Part shown: piece after piece, positions 1-8,361 of the stretch
How the letters are laid out: each line of letters begins with the position of its first letter
How positions within the stretch are numbered: position 1 is the first letter of the stretch
NCBI GenBank assembly: GCA_048886685.1
Contig: JBHLKM010000032.1
Coordinates: forward strand, 1-21,526
Direction of reading: 5' to 3'
Source: Candidatus Hodarchaeota archaeon
GTDB taxonomy: Archaea > Asgardarchaeota > Lokiarchaeia > Sigyniarchaeales > SOKP01
Length of the DNA stretch: 21,526 bases
The notes under the pieces: model-generated
What the model was told of the DNA's origin: nothing
The model's input: the letters and a program-made list of their open reading frames with translations, nothing else
The model's database searches: none
Position numbers and translations under genes: made by a program

Positions 1-360
1 AATAATTTGAAACGGAATCAAATTAGTATCAATTTTAATTACACATGATAATTCCAAGTCTTTAAATTCAGATGAAAAAGGTGCGGCAAGCGTTAAGACC
101 GTAGACTCTGTAGGGTTATAAATAGTGTAATTTCCTTCAAAAGTTATATCAAATCTGCTACGATACGCATGCGCACCAATAGTAAAGACCACACTAGCAT
201 TCGTCATATTGAAAGGAACATTTACTTCTGGAAGAAAACTTCCTGCTCCAGCATAATCAACAGGCAATACATCAGCTTTAGATTCCCTTATATGAATTGA
301 AAAACTTAGTACTATGATTGAAATAATGTAGACGATGAAAAACAGTCTATTCTTATGCAA
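1..360 (-). CDS. Secreted/surface protein, 5' part only (runs off window); possibly DUF4424-like
   Basis: Not in the ORF track. Manual translation from TTG at 358-360 gives 120 open codons: MHKNRLFFIVYIISIIVLSFSIHIRESKADVLPVDYAGAGSFLPEVNVPFNMTNASVVF...FEGNYTIYNPTESTVLTLAAPF... It has a basic N-terminus, a hydrophobic stretch, an SKA|D signal-peptide-like site and N-x-S/T sequons. Confidence 0.75.
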   Translation of the reverse strand, partial: MHKNRLFFIVYIISIIVLSFSIHIRESKADVLPVDYAGAGSFLPEVNVPFNMTNASVVFTIGAHAYRSRFDITFEGNYTIYNPTESTVLTLAAPFSSEFKDLELSCVIKIDTNLIPFQII

Positions 361-590
361 ATAAAGCCCTCTTATTTCAATGCTTAAGGGAAATTATAGA
401 AAATCTCATAAATTGTTATAACTAAAGATGTATCTTTAAAATTTAAGTGTTATTACATCTAACTTTACATTTTAGGTATAATGGATTTATTTCTTCATTT
501 AGAAATTAATAAAGCTTTTAAACTGAATGTTCATTAGTCTGAGTGAGTTTTATATAAATTTTTATTGAATAAATTTTCAGTGAATATATT

Positions 591-1598
591 TTGAAAAATA
601 AAACATTTAAAATTCCCTATCGAGAAGCAGATCATGGTGATTTTGATAATGAGTGGCCAATACACGAGAAAGTTACTGATTGGTGGTTTGTTAATGGCTA
701 TCTTACTGATCAGGAAAACCCTGAGAATCATTATTCTTATCAATATACTCTGCTTAAACCTCATGTATATGGATTAACCTTCTACGTATTACAAATTGCT
801 TTTACTGATTTCCAAAAGCAAAAACATTTCTTCAAACAAAGAGTAGGGATACGAAAAGGTAAAAAGTTTTATGTTAATCAAAATAGTGTAATATTCTCGC
901 CATTCGCTTATTTAACTCGAGAGAACGAGGGTTTGAATCTTTCCATAAAGACTGATGAATTCGAGCTAAAACTTGAGATGGATAAAGGAAAAGGTGGTTT
1001 TTGGCATGCAGATGATGGAGTACTAGTTATGGGATTGCCTAATGATACTCAACAGCGGACAGTATATTACTCTTACCCGAATATGCCAACTACTGGAAAT
1101 GTAACTGTGCATAATGCTCCAAACGATGATATCCACTTAAAAGTCAGAGGAAAAACATGGTTTGACCGACAATGGGGTCCCTTTCGATTACTTGATCCCA
1201 CCTCTCACTGGGAATGGTTCTCACTTCGATTCTTTGATGATGAAGAAGTTATGCTTTTTGCCTTCCCTCAAAATGGTTATTATGATGGAACATATATCAA
1301 TAAAGAAGGAAATTCCCGCCGGATCCGTAATTATAAATATAATGCCAAGGAATTAATCGAGGTCGATGGCTTTACATTCTCCAAAGGTTGGGAACTCGAA
1401 TTGCCCAACGTGAAGGAAGAACACTATGAGCTTCGACCAATCATAGAAGGACAATTAAATCTCGCTTATTTTGAATTAATGGCTGAAATCATCAATCATA
1501 AGAATGAATGCGTAGGCTTCTGTTTTGTAGAACTACTCCCAGGTGTAAGAAACCCTACTAAGAGAATAAGCTTTCGAAACTTGCTCAAAAAAATATAA
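591..1598 (+). CDS. CrtC/AttH-like lipocalin-fold protein (hydroxyneurosporene synthase / carotenoid 1,2-hydratase-like)
   Basis: Family-typical motifs in the expected order: H-x4-DWWFVNGYL, YYSYPNMPTTG, GKTWFDRQWG, WEWFSLRF, YFE, GFCFVEL. TTG start. Substrate cannot be inferred. Confidence 0.8.
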   Translation: MKNKTFKIPYREADHGDFDNEWPIHEKVTDWWFVNGYLTDQENPENHYSYQYTLLKPHVYGLTFYVLQIAFTDFQKQKHFFKQRVGIRKGKKFYVNQNSVIFSPFAYLTRENEGLNLSIKTDEFELKLEMDKGKGGFWHADDGVLVMGLPNDTQQRTVYYSYPNMPTTGNVTVHNAPNDDIHLKVRGKTWFDRQWGPFRLLDPTSHWEWFSLRFFDDEEVMLFAFPQNGYYDGTYINKEGNSRRIRNYKYNAKELIEVDGFTFSKGWELELPNVKEEHYELRPIIEGQLNLAYFELMAEIINHKNECVGFCFVELLPGVRNPTKRISFRNLLKKI

Positions 1599-1746
1599 TT
1601 ATTAAAGTTTTTCGCATTGATGCATTTTTCAATTCTGCTTTATAATAATATCAATAAATTGACAAAGTTAAATACTTTAGAGAAATATTTAAGACTCATA
1701 CAGAATTGTAAATAATCTAAATGTATAAATAACTCTGGGAAAAATT

Positions 1747-2559
1747 ATGAAATTCAAAAAAGCAATGCTTTTTGCTCTAATAATTTACGTGAGTTTTTTC
1801 ATAGGGATATTAATTTTTTATTTTATGGTGTCTCAGTTATTAAGTGGTCCAGAGCTAATTTTCTCAATTTATAACCAAACTTCTTTAGGGCGAAATCTTG
1901 GAGAACCTTTTATATACGCCCTTTTTATTCCATTTTTAAGTTTCCCTATTAGTATTGGATTATCCTATATATTACTTGCTATAATCAGAATATTTTATAG
2001 GAGAAAAAATCGAATCTTTCAATACATTGATTTTGAAGATTATTATAATTTCTTTTTAAAATCTTGGAAGATAAGTATCCACGCTTCTCTATTTACTTTT
2101 AACATCTCGTTTCAAATCATGAAAATTCAGAATATTTTATCAGGAGTGATATACGATCCAGGAGGAAGAGTTATGTCTATGATATATGGTTTTTTTGCCT
2201 TATTACCAATATTTTTTATTCTGACAAGTAGTCTATATGGGGCGATATGGGCTTTATCTAATTCTAATCTTTTTGTATCAATTGAAATAAAAGGAATTCT
2301 TATTCAAAAAAAAAATGCTGCAAATTTTTTTGAAAATGTATTTTGGAATTATTCCTTGATTTCTACAATAATAACATTAATAACTATTACATCTGATTAT
2401 TATTATGATATCTCAATGAAAGCTCCTCAATTACCCTTCCATTATATTTTTGTGTTTCCCGCTTTTATTATTTTTATCGTTCCTTTATATTTCTTTCCAT
2501 TATTTTTTTTGTATCACAAAGTAAATCCATTGAAGTCATATATTCGTAATCATTATTGA
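1747..2559 (+). CDS. Polytopic membrane protein of unknown function (about 6 TM helices)
   Basis: 270-aa ORF with about six long hydrophobic segments. Its 3' end overlaps the convergent gene by 7 bp (2553-2559). Confidence 0.75.
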   Translation: MKFKKAMLFALIIYVSFFIGILIFYFMVSQLLSGPELIFSIYNQTSLGRNLGEPFIYALFIPFLSFPISIGLSYILLAIIRIFYRRKNRIFQYIDFEDYYNFFLKSWKISIHASLFTFNISFQIMKIQNILSGVIYDPGGRVMSMIYGFFALLPIFFILTSSLYGAIWALSNSNLFVSIEIKGILIQKKNAANFFENVFWNYSLISTIITLITITSDYYYDISMKAPQLPFHYIFVFPAFIIFIVPLYFFPLFFLYHKVNPLKSYIRNHY

Positions 2560-4409
2560 TTTAATGAATTTAAGCTAGATTTAGATCTTCTTGTGTATGT
2601 AATGAAAACAATAAAGATAACTCCTAAAATTAGAAAAATTATTATCCATTCACTAAGATATCCCGGAATTATTACAACTGGAGTTCCATTACGATCATCA
2701 GAAATCTCTATATCATAATAAGCACCCCCATTATCTGCAATGGTAATTTCTGGTGAATTGTCTTCATCAGATGCAATTATGAAGAATTTTAGAACTTTTC
2801 CATTGTTCTCATCACCTTGGGGTGGAATTATAAACTCCCAGTTAATTTCTCCTAAATAAGTCCCTTCAATTTCAATTTGATTATAGGGATAATCATAACC
2901 ATAATATAACATTACATTAACTCCGCTTGGATCGAAGATAGTACAACTTATAGGTATTGGTTCATTGCTAGATATAGAGAGAGGATAAGAAAGTGAACCT
3001 ATTTCTGGTCCAATTGTATCCTCATCAATGATATGAATAGAAAAATACAAACCACCATTATCATCAATTTCAGATTCTGGAGGGTCTCCATTATCATATG
3101 CCAATAGAAAAAATTCTAGAATAGAATCCTCATTAGGATCTCCCTGTGGAGGTATGATAAACTCCCAAATATTCTCACCAATATTCTCACCAACAGCAAT
3201 ATATTGATTATAAGGATGCTCATATCCAAAATAAATAGTTGCATTCTTCACCCCATTTGGAGCTATAATCTTACAGTGTATTATAATTCCTTCAATACTT
3301 GAGATTGACTCACCATAGGGAATTAATGTTATTGAAAATTCGTATTTTTCTTCAGCACCATGAGTTAAAATAGGTTCTATAGGAACTAATAATCTTATTC
3401 TAAGATCATCGAAATACGATGTTGCACTGTCAGTCCATGTCATAAATCCAATTTGTCCAGCATTAGGGTGATCTTCCTCGATTATTTCATTTTTTAATAA
3501 ACCATCTAAATGCACTAAATAATGAAAACCCAAAGCATCTATTCTTAAGTTATACCATCTATCATTAATTAAAACATCTTCTGTCGTTTCCGTTATTCCA
3601 AGTATCCAAGGATCCCCATTTTTCCATTTTCCGATGGCAACCTCATAATCCCAAAATCCTATCCCCGCAGTAAAAAAATTCTCCTCATCCGAATATCGGA
3701 ACATTACACCTGCACCAAAATTTCCACCATTACTTTTAACACGAACTTCAATTGATGCATTCTCTACGGAATATGAATCTAAAATACTTCTTCGATCCAA
3801 AGCAAATTCATTTTCTCGATATTCATTGGTTACTACTGACCAACCTTTCCCTTGAGTAACTGTCCAACCCTTAGCATCTCCATCAGGTTGATTAAAATCA
3901 TCATAAAAATCAAATATTTTATTTTTATCTGTCGGTGGTTCATCAGCATCTTCATTCCCATAATAAACGTAATAATTGGTATCATGAGAGTTTGGATTTA
4001 TTTTTGTTTGGGTTTTAAACCAAATTTGAGTATCATCTGTGGCTAAACCTGTTCCAATGAAACGATCAAGCTCCAACCATGCTTCATTGGATAAATCATA
4101 CCATACTATACGGAGATCTCTACCATCAATCTTTAATTTTCCCTTAGAAATTAAATCAGCCGTATCTATCGAAATTTTCACAGAATATCCATTGGGAAGT
4201 GAGTCTTTATACTCATTAAATATGTTTATTGGAACTCTATATTTATAAGTGGGATTCCACCAACTATCTTCTGCTGAAGAAAGTACAATTAAATCCTCTG
4301 TATTTTGATAATCATTATCATTAAAATTGAAGCTACTAAAAACTAAGATTAAGAAGAAATTGCATATGAAGAAAATAATTTTCAAAACAGTGAAATATTT
4401 CTTATTCAT
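2553..4409 (-). CDS. Cell-surface protein: DUF2341 + ConA/DUF1080-like beta-sandwich + two Ig-like repeats + IPGY-TM-basic C-terminal sorting signal (Loki-CTERM-like)
   Basis: N-terminal signal/TM. DUF2341-type motifs WWNPTYKYRVPI, DGRDLRIVW, IWFK and YYVYYGN. ConA-like segment FYDDFN...GQIGF...YFDDLRI. Two internal repeats of about 100 aa. C-terminus IIPGYLSEWIIIFLILGVIFIVFITYTRRSK. Confidence 0.8.
   Translation of the reverse strand: MNKKYFTVLKIIFFICNFFLILVFSSFNFNDNDYQNTEDLIVLSSAEDSWWNPTYKYRVPINIFNEYKDSLPNGYSVKISIDTADLISKGKLKIDGRDLRIVWYDLSNEAWLELDRFIGTGLATDDTQIWFKTQTKINPNSHDTNYYVYYGNEDADEPPTDKNKIFDFYDDFNQPDGDAKGWTVTQGKGWSVVTNEYRENEFALDRRSILDSYSVENASIEVRVKSNGGNFGAGVMFRYSDEENFFTAGIGFWDYEVAIGKWKNGDPWILGITETTEDVLINDRWYNLRIDALGFHYLVHLDGLLKNEIIEEDHPNAGQIGFMTWTDSATSYFDDLRIRLLVPIEPILTHGAEEKYEFSITLIPYGESISSIEGIIIHCKIIAPNGVKNATIYFGYEHPYNQYIAVGENIGENIWEFIIPPQGDPNEDSILEFFLLAYDNGDPPESEIDDNGGLYFSIHIIDEDTIGPEIGSLSYPLSISSNEPIPISCTIFDPSGVNVMLYYGYDYPYNQIEIEGTYLGEINWEFIIPPQGDENNGKVLKFFIIASDEDNSPEITIADNGGAYYDIEISDDRNGTPVVIIPGYLSEWIIIFLILGVIFIVFITYTRRSKSSLNSLNQ
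2694..3311 (-). repeat. Two intragenic Ig-like repeats of about 97 aa (about 3018-3311 and 2694-2981)
   Basis: Both copies share SISS, GY-x2-PYNQ, WEFIIPPQGD and DNGG-x-Y. Confidence 0.85.
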
Positions 4410-4582
4410 TTCGAATTCAATAATCTCTATTCAAATTATTCAAGTATAATTATCATTGTATTTCTCTTCTTTGGAAAAAGATCATTATATGTATTTGACA
4501 TTATTGTTTATAAATTCATGCAAAATTAGTAGGTAAAACTTTGAAAAAGGAAAAGAAATTTCTTTTTGGCTTAGACAAATAG

Positions 4583-5365
4583 TTAATTTGAAAGCATTTC
4601 GCCAAATCCTGAATAATTAAACATTAATCTTGTCAATGCTTCGAAGGTTTCTTCTACATTCTCACCTGTTCTCGGATTACACTCTACAAATCCATCAACA
4701 CCTCTAGATTTTGCTATTTTTATTCCTTGTTCCGCTGAGATTTGTCGTTCCTCATCAAATTCTGGTACTATTCCCACTACTACAATCGGAAATACATCTC
4801 GTTCGGATTTTATTTCCTTTTTTACAACCATTAACCAATCATCTATATGTGCAAGAGTGCTATAATTTGCCGCATTATAAATAAATAGGGCTCCATTAGC
4901 ACCTCGAACATATGTTGATAGCAAAAATCTAAATCTTTCTTCACCACCAAAATCCCAGATTTGTAATTTAACCTTTTTATCATTAATTTTAAGACTCTTA
5001 ACTTCAAAATCCACTCCTATTGTCATTTTCGTATCTGATTTAAATAAATTAGTTAAATATCTTTGAGTTAGCTCGGTCCTTTCTACTTCAGGGTCACCGA
5101 ATATTACGACCTTATACGTAACATCGTAGAAGCTCCTATAATGTGATTTATAAACTATATGTTTAATTACTCTTGGTTTTCTTTTAATCGGTTTTTTTGC
5201 GATAGGAACCTTTTCTTTTTTGGGAAATTCCTTTTGAGAGAATTTAATCCTACCGGCTATATCCTCATTAAAAGATTTTAATGCTTTATGGAAAGGGTCA
5301 TAAATGAGCTCTGTTGGAATGCTTCTTAACTTTCTTTTTCTACTCCACCTTTTTAGTAATCCCAT
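4583..5365 (-). CDS. Rab-like small GTPase-fold protein with degenerate G1/G4/G5 (probable pseudo-GTPase) and a basic N-terminal extension of about 80 aa
   Basis: Rab-like TIGVDFEVK, KVKLQIWDFGGEERFR and TGENVEETF are present. G1 is GDPEVERT (not GxxxxGKT), G4 is GIVPE (not NKxD) and G5 is ECNP (not SAK). Confidence 0.85.
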   Translation of the reverse strand: MGLLKRWSRKRKLRSIPTELIYDPFHKALKSFNEDIAGRIKFSQKEFPKKEKVPIAKKPIKRKPRVIKHIVYKSHYRSFYDVTYKVVIFGDPEVERTELTQRYLTNLFKSDTKMTIGVDFEVKSLKINDKKVKLQIWDFGGEERFRFLLSTYVRGANGALFIYNAANYSTLAHIDDWLMVVKKEIKSERDVFPIVVVGIVPEFDEERQISAEQGIKIAKSRGVDGFVECNPRTGENVEETFEALTRLMFNYSGFGEMLSN

Positions 5366-5385
5366 TTTTACGCGGATATTCTCTG

Positions 5386-5393
5386 TTTATAAA
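5386..5393 (-). promoter_or_regulatory. Possible archaeal TATA box for the 4583-5365 gene
   Basis: TTTATAAA lies 21-28 nt upstream of the ATG, compatible with a leaderless or short-leader transcript. Weak evidence given the AT-rich background. Confidence 0.3.
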
Positions 5394-5701
5394 TATTAAA
5401 ATTTAATATATTCTTAAATTCCTTTTTCCTCTAATTTTATTTAAAAAACTTTAACATTTAAATCTTACATTATTGTCATGATTGTGTGCAAAAATAACTT
5501 AATTTTATCTGAATATTAACACTTTTTATTTTAAAAATCTTTATAATCTTTCTTAAAATGCTTTTACTGAACCATAACTCATTGATTTCATTTATTATTT
5601 TAAGATAAAGCATTATGGGCATATTATTCAATTTTTTTTATAATCAAAATATACTCCTTAAATAAATAATAAAGATATTTATTTCGAGGCGAACTCAAGT
5701 T

Positions 5702-6562
5702 ATGGATTGGTTTGTTCTTTTAACGTATTTTGATCGAAAAAAAGGACCTATAATATTCTTATCATACCCAGAACAAACCTTAAAAAACGAGAATTGTTTG
5801 TTTATTGCGAATCTCATGGATCAGATAAATTCTGAAGAATTTTTCAGTTATTCGTTTAATCATTATCATACTTTGAACTATTATTTTGAGATTAATTCTT
5901 ATTGGGCTCGTGGAAATAAAGAATTATTAATGCTCTCATCAGTTTTCGACCATCAGCCCTCATTTGAGACTGAAAAGACAGTATTTAGCTTATGCATAGA
6001 ATTCTCAGAATGGTTAAAATTAAAAGATGGGATTTTTGCAGCTTTTTATAGTAATGATGAAATCCCTGACCAAAATGGCAATGAGAATATAGCTCTAAAT
6101 AGATATTATGTTAAAATGTGGCTGAAAGAATTTTATTGGACTATTAAGGAAGAAATACAAGATAAACTCGAAGAAGAAAATATTACTTTGCTATTAGATA
6201 AAAATGATGTCCTTGAAACTCTGGATTATTTATCTAAGGGCCCTGTTTCACTTAAAAGTCTAAAAACCTGGTACGTTAAACGATTTCATGAAAAAAATTT
6301 CCATAAAATGATCTTAGATCTATTAAAATCCCATATGATTGATATCCCTAAAATAGATGGGAAAAAGAAACCACCATTTTTAGTATATATCTCCAAAGAA
6401 ATTAAAAGCATTATAAAGTTAATAATCGCCAAAAATAAATTGATTAAGCAGTTTTTACAAAATAACCATAAATTCCAACCCTTTGAAAAGGAAACTCAAG
6501 AATTACACAATTTTCTCAATCGTGTTCTCTCTAAGTCTCGAATATCTATTAGTGAAAAATAA
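5702..6562 (+). CDS. Longin/uDENN-like N-terminal domain protein with probable C-terminal winged-helix domain
   Basis: The start VLLTYFDRKKGPIIFLSYP matches the F[DH]xxxGP beta-hairpin of uDENN/NPRL2-type longin domains, followed by YYFEI-x4-ARG-x3-LLMLSSVF strands and a long helix. The C-terminal VLETLDYLSKGPVSLKSL...FHKMILDLLKSHMI pattern is winged-helix-like. Confidence 0.65.
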   Translation: MDWFVLLTYFDRKKGPIIFLSYPEQTLKNENCLFIANLMDQINSEEFFSYSFNHYHTLNYYFEINSYWARGNKELLMLSSVFDHQPSFETEKTVFSLCIEFSEWLKLKDGIFAAFYSNDEIPDQNGNENIALNRYYVKMWLKEFYWTIKEEIQDKLEEENITLLLDKNDVLETLDYLSKGPVSLKSLKTWYVKRFHEKNFHKMILDLLKSHMIDIPKIDGKKKPPFLVYISKEIKSIIKLIIAKNKLIKQFLQNNHKFQPFEKETQELHNFLNRVLSKSRISISEK

Positions 6563-6620
6563 TTAATTATTAGGAAAAATTACACTAATTATTTTATTTC
6601 AGCTGAGATTACTTTCAATT

Positions 6621-6800
6621 GCGAAAGGAATTGTTCTGGCAAATTTCTCAGCTAGAAACTTTGAACCTCTTGAATTGTTTGAAAAAATCGCAAAAAAATG
6701 TAATAGGGAAATTGTAATCCCTGCTAAACAAGTATATTTATTAAAAGCCATCGAACGAGTTGATAGATTCGATAGAACTAGCCAGATTTTAGTTTATGGT
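6621..6800 (+). pseudogene. Internal fragment of an RNase J-like metallo-beta-lactamase/beta-CASP gene
   Basis: Stop-free frame (6567-6851) with no credible start, reading AKGIVLANFSARNFEPLELFEKIAKKCNREIVIPAKQVYLLKAIERVDRFDRTSQILVY. This resembles the GLV-x-ADFSxRNFERL...A-x3-R-x-LV-x2-AK-x-AYLL segment recalled for RNase J-like proteins. Confidence 0.55.
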
Positions 6801-6801
6801 C

Positions 6802-8088
6802 CTAAAATATGTTTGAATAACATAATTCACATCTTATCGATTCCCCATTAAGAATTCTTTTAATTGGATTCCTTTTTATTTTAATATTGCAATAAGGACA
6901 TTTCAAATTATTTAATATTGTTTTAATCTTCAAACTAAACCAGTTCGGAATATTCTTGAAATTATTAACCCATTTTGGTAAATTCCTTAAAAAGTCTGGA
7001 TTTTTTAATATTGTATCTAATTCTTCATTAGTTAAATATTTTAAATATCCTTGATCTATTAAATATAAAACTACAGAAGGATAACCACTCTCTAGTCTTA
7101 GAGCTAGTTGCTCTTTAAATACTTTTTTTGCACGTTTATCTCCTTCGTCTACAAGAGCTTTCAAAAGTGGAAAAGCTAAGTTTCTGTGTAATATGCGAGT
7201 ATCATAATTATTTTCATGCCACGCTTGTAAGTTGGAACAATGGCCCCAAAACTCTGTTTGAGGAGATATGCGGCAACTTCTTATCCGTTCCATAGATCTG
7301 TCCAATTTTTCAGCGGCTTCATCTACAGATTCAATCTCCTTAAAACTTTTAAAATCAGGACTAAGTATATTTAATAATAAATATTTACAACGATGAAACA
7401 ATTTACCACCTACATATATATTAGTCTTGTCATTTTCTAATCGAAGTTCTAAATAGTCATTAATTACAATTTCTTGTTTAATTTTTATTGGTACAGACTT
7501 TAAAGGTTCAAGGCATATTAAACCTCCACTCATATTTAAATTAGTTTGCTCATATTCTTCAAATAAGAGCTCTGTTAATACTTCAAAAACCTGTTCTACA
7601 TTCTGCCCCGTTTCCGTGCAAATTTCTATAAAAGCTGAGAGATTATAATTTTCTGCCACTGAAATTCCTTCTTGTCTAGAAATCACTTGAGATTCATCTG
7701 AATGGATTTTTAATCCAATCAGTAAAATTGGAATATCACCTGCGTTCGATCTTATAGGTCTCACCCATTCTGAAATATTCTCTAAAGTAGAAGGATTAGT
7801 CATGTCATAAATAAAAATAGCACCATTAGATCCTTTACAATATTGAGAAAGTAGGAATCTAAACCTCTCTTCTGCATCATAGTCCCATATTTGCAGTTTA
7901 ACTTTTTTATTGTCAAAAATTGTCGTTTGGGAATAAAAATCTATACCAAGCGTTAATTTGAGGTCTTGCATAAAATATCCCCTAAAATGTTGTAGGAAAT
8001 CTGGTTTAGTACTATTATTACCGAGAACCATTATTTTAAAAGTATAATCATATTGAGACATTTTCCCAATAAGCTTATTTAATTGCAT
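6802..8088 (-). CDS. Fusion: degenerate Rab-like G domain + FWGHCSNLQAW-type domain + C-terminal zinc ribbon
   Basis: YDYTFKIMVLG, TLGIDF, KVKLQIWDYDAEERFRFLL and TGQNVEQVF are present, with G1 GNNSTKPD, G3 DYDA and G4 GLKIH degenerate. aa ~206-358 contain CKYLLLNI, SVDEAAEKL and FWGHCSNLQAWHENNYDTRILHRNLAFPLLKAL. The C-terminus has CPYC-x19-CELC. The true start may be Met10. Confidence 0.85.
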   Translation of the reverse strand: MQLNKLIGKMSQYDYTFKIMVLGNNSTKPDFLQHFRGYFMQDLKLTLGIDFYSQTTIFDNKKVKLQIWDYDAEERFRFLLSQYCKGSNGAIFIYDMTNPSTLENISEWVRPIRSNAGDIPILLIGLKIHSDESQVISRQEGISVAENYNLSAFIEICTETGQNVEQVFEVLTELLFEEYEQTNLNMSGGLICLEPLKSVPIKIKQEIVINDYLELRLENDKTNIYVGGKLFHRCKYLLLNILSPDFKSFKEIESVDEAAEKLDRSMERIRSCRISPQTEFWGHCSNLQAWHENNYDTRILHRNLAFPLLKALVDEGDKRAKKVFKEQLALRLESGYPSVVLYLIDQGYLKYLTNEELDTILKNPDFLRNLPKWVNNFKNIPNWFSLKIKTILNNLKCPYCNIKIKRNPIKRILNGESIRCELCYSNIF

Positions 8089-8361
8089 TTATTTGAGAAT
8101 TAAAGACTCTAATTTAAACCCCTCAATTCCAAATAACAATTAAAAATTCATAAATATAAATTTATACATTTATGTCAGTTTCTCCCGTGGGACAAGGGAA
8201 TTGAAATAGTTCAGTTTTAGGAATGTGGTTCACACCACAAAATTATGTACTTCTACTTTTAAGCCAAGCGTCTGTAGTTAAATTACTCAATATTTTAATG
8301 TGCGCAGAATCGGTTGTTTATTACTTTGATTAATATAATCATAAAAAAAGAATGAAATTTT

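Noticed and set aside
4583-8088. Calling the two degenerate GTPases pseudogenes
   Set aside because: Both ORFs are full length without stops or frameshifts, and their non-nucleotide-binding regions are well preserved.
8174-8207. CRISPR array
   Set aside because: Only one repeat-like unit, no repeat-spacer periodicity and no cas genes; kept only as a low-interest finding.
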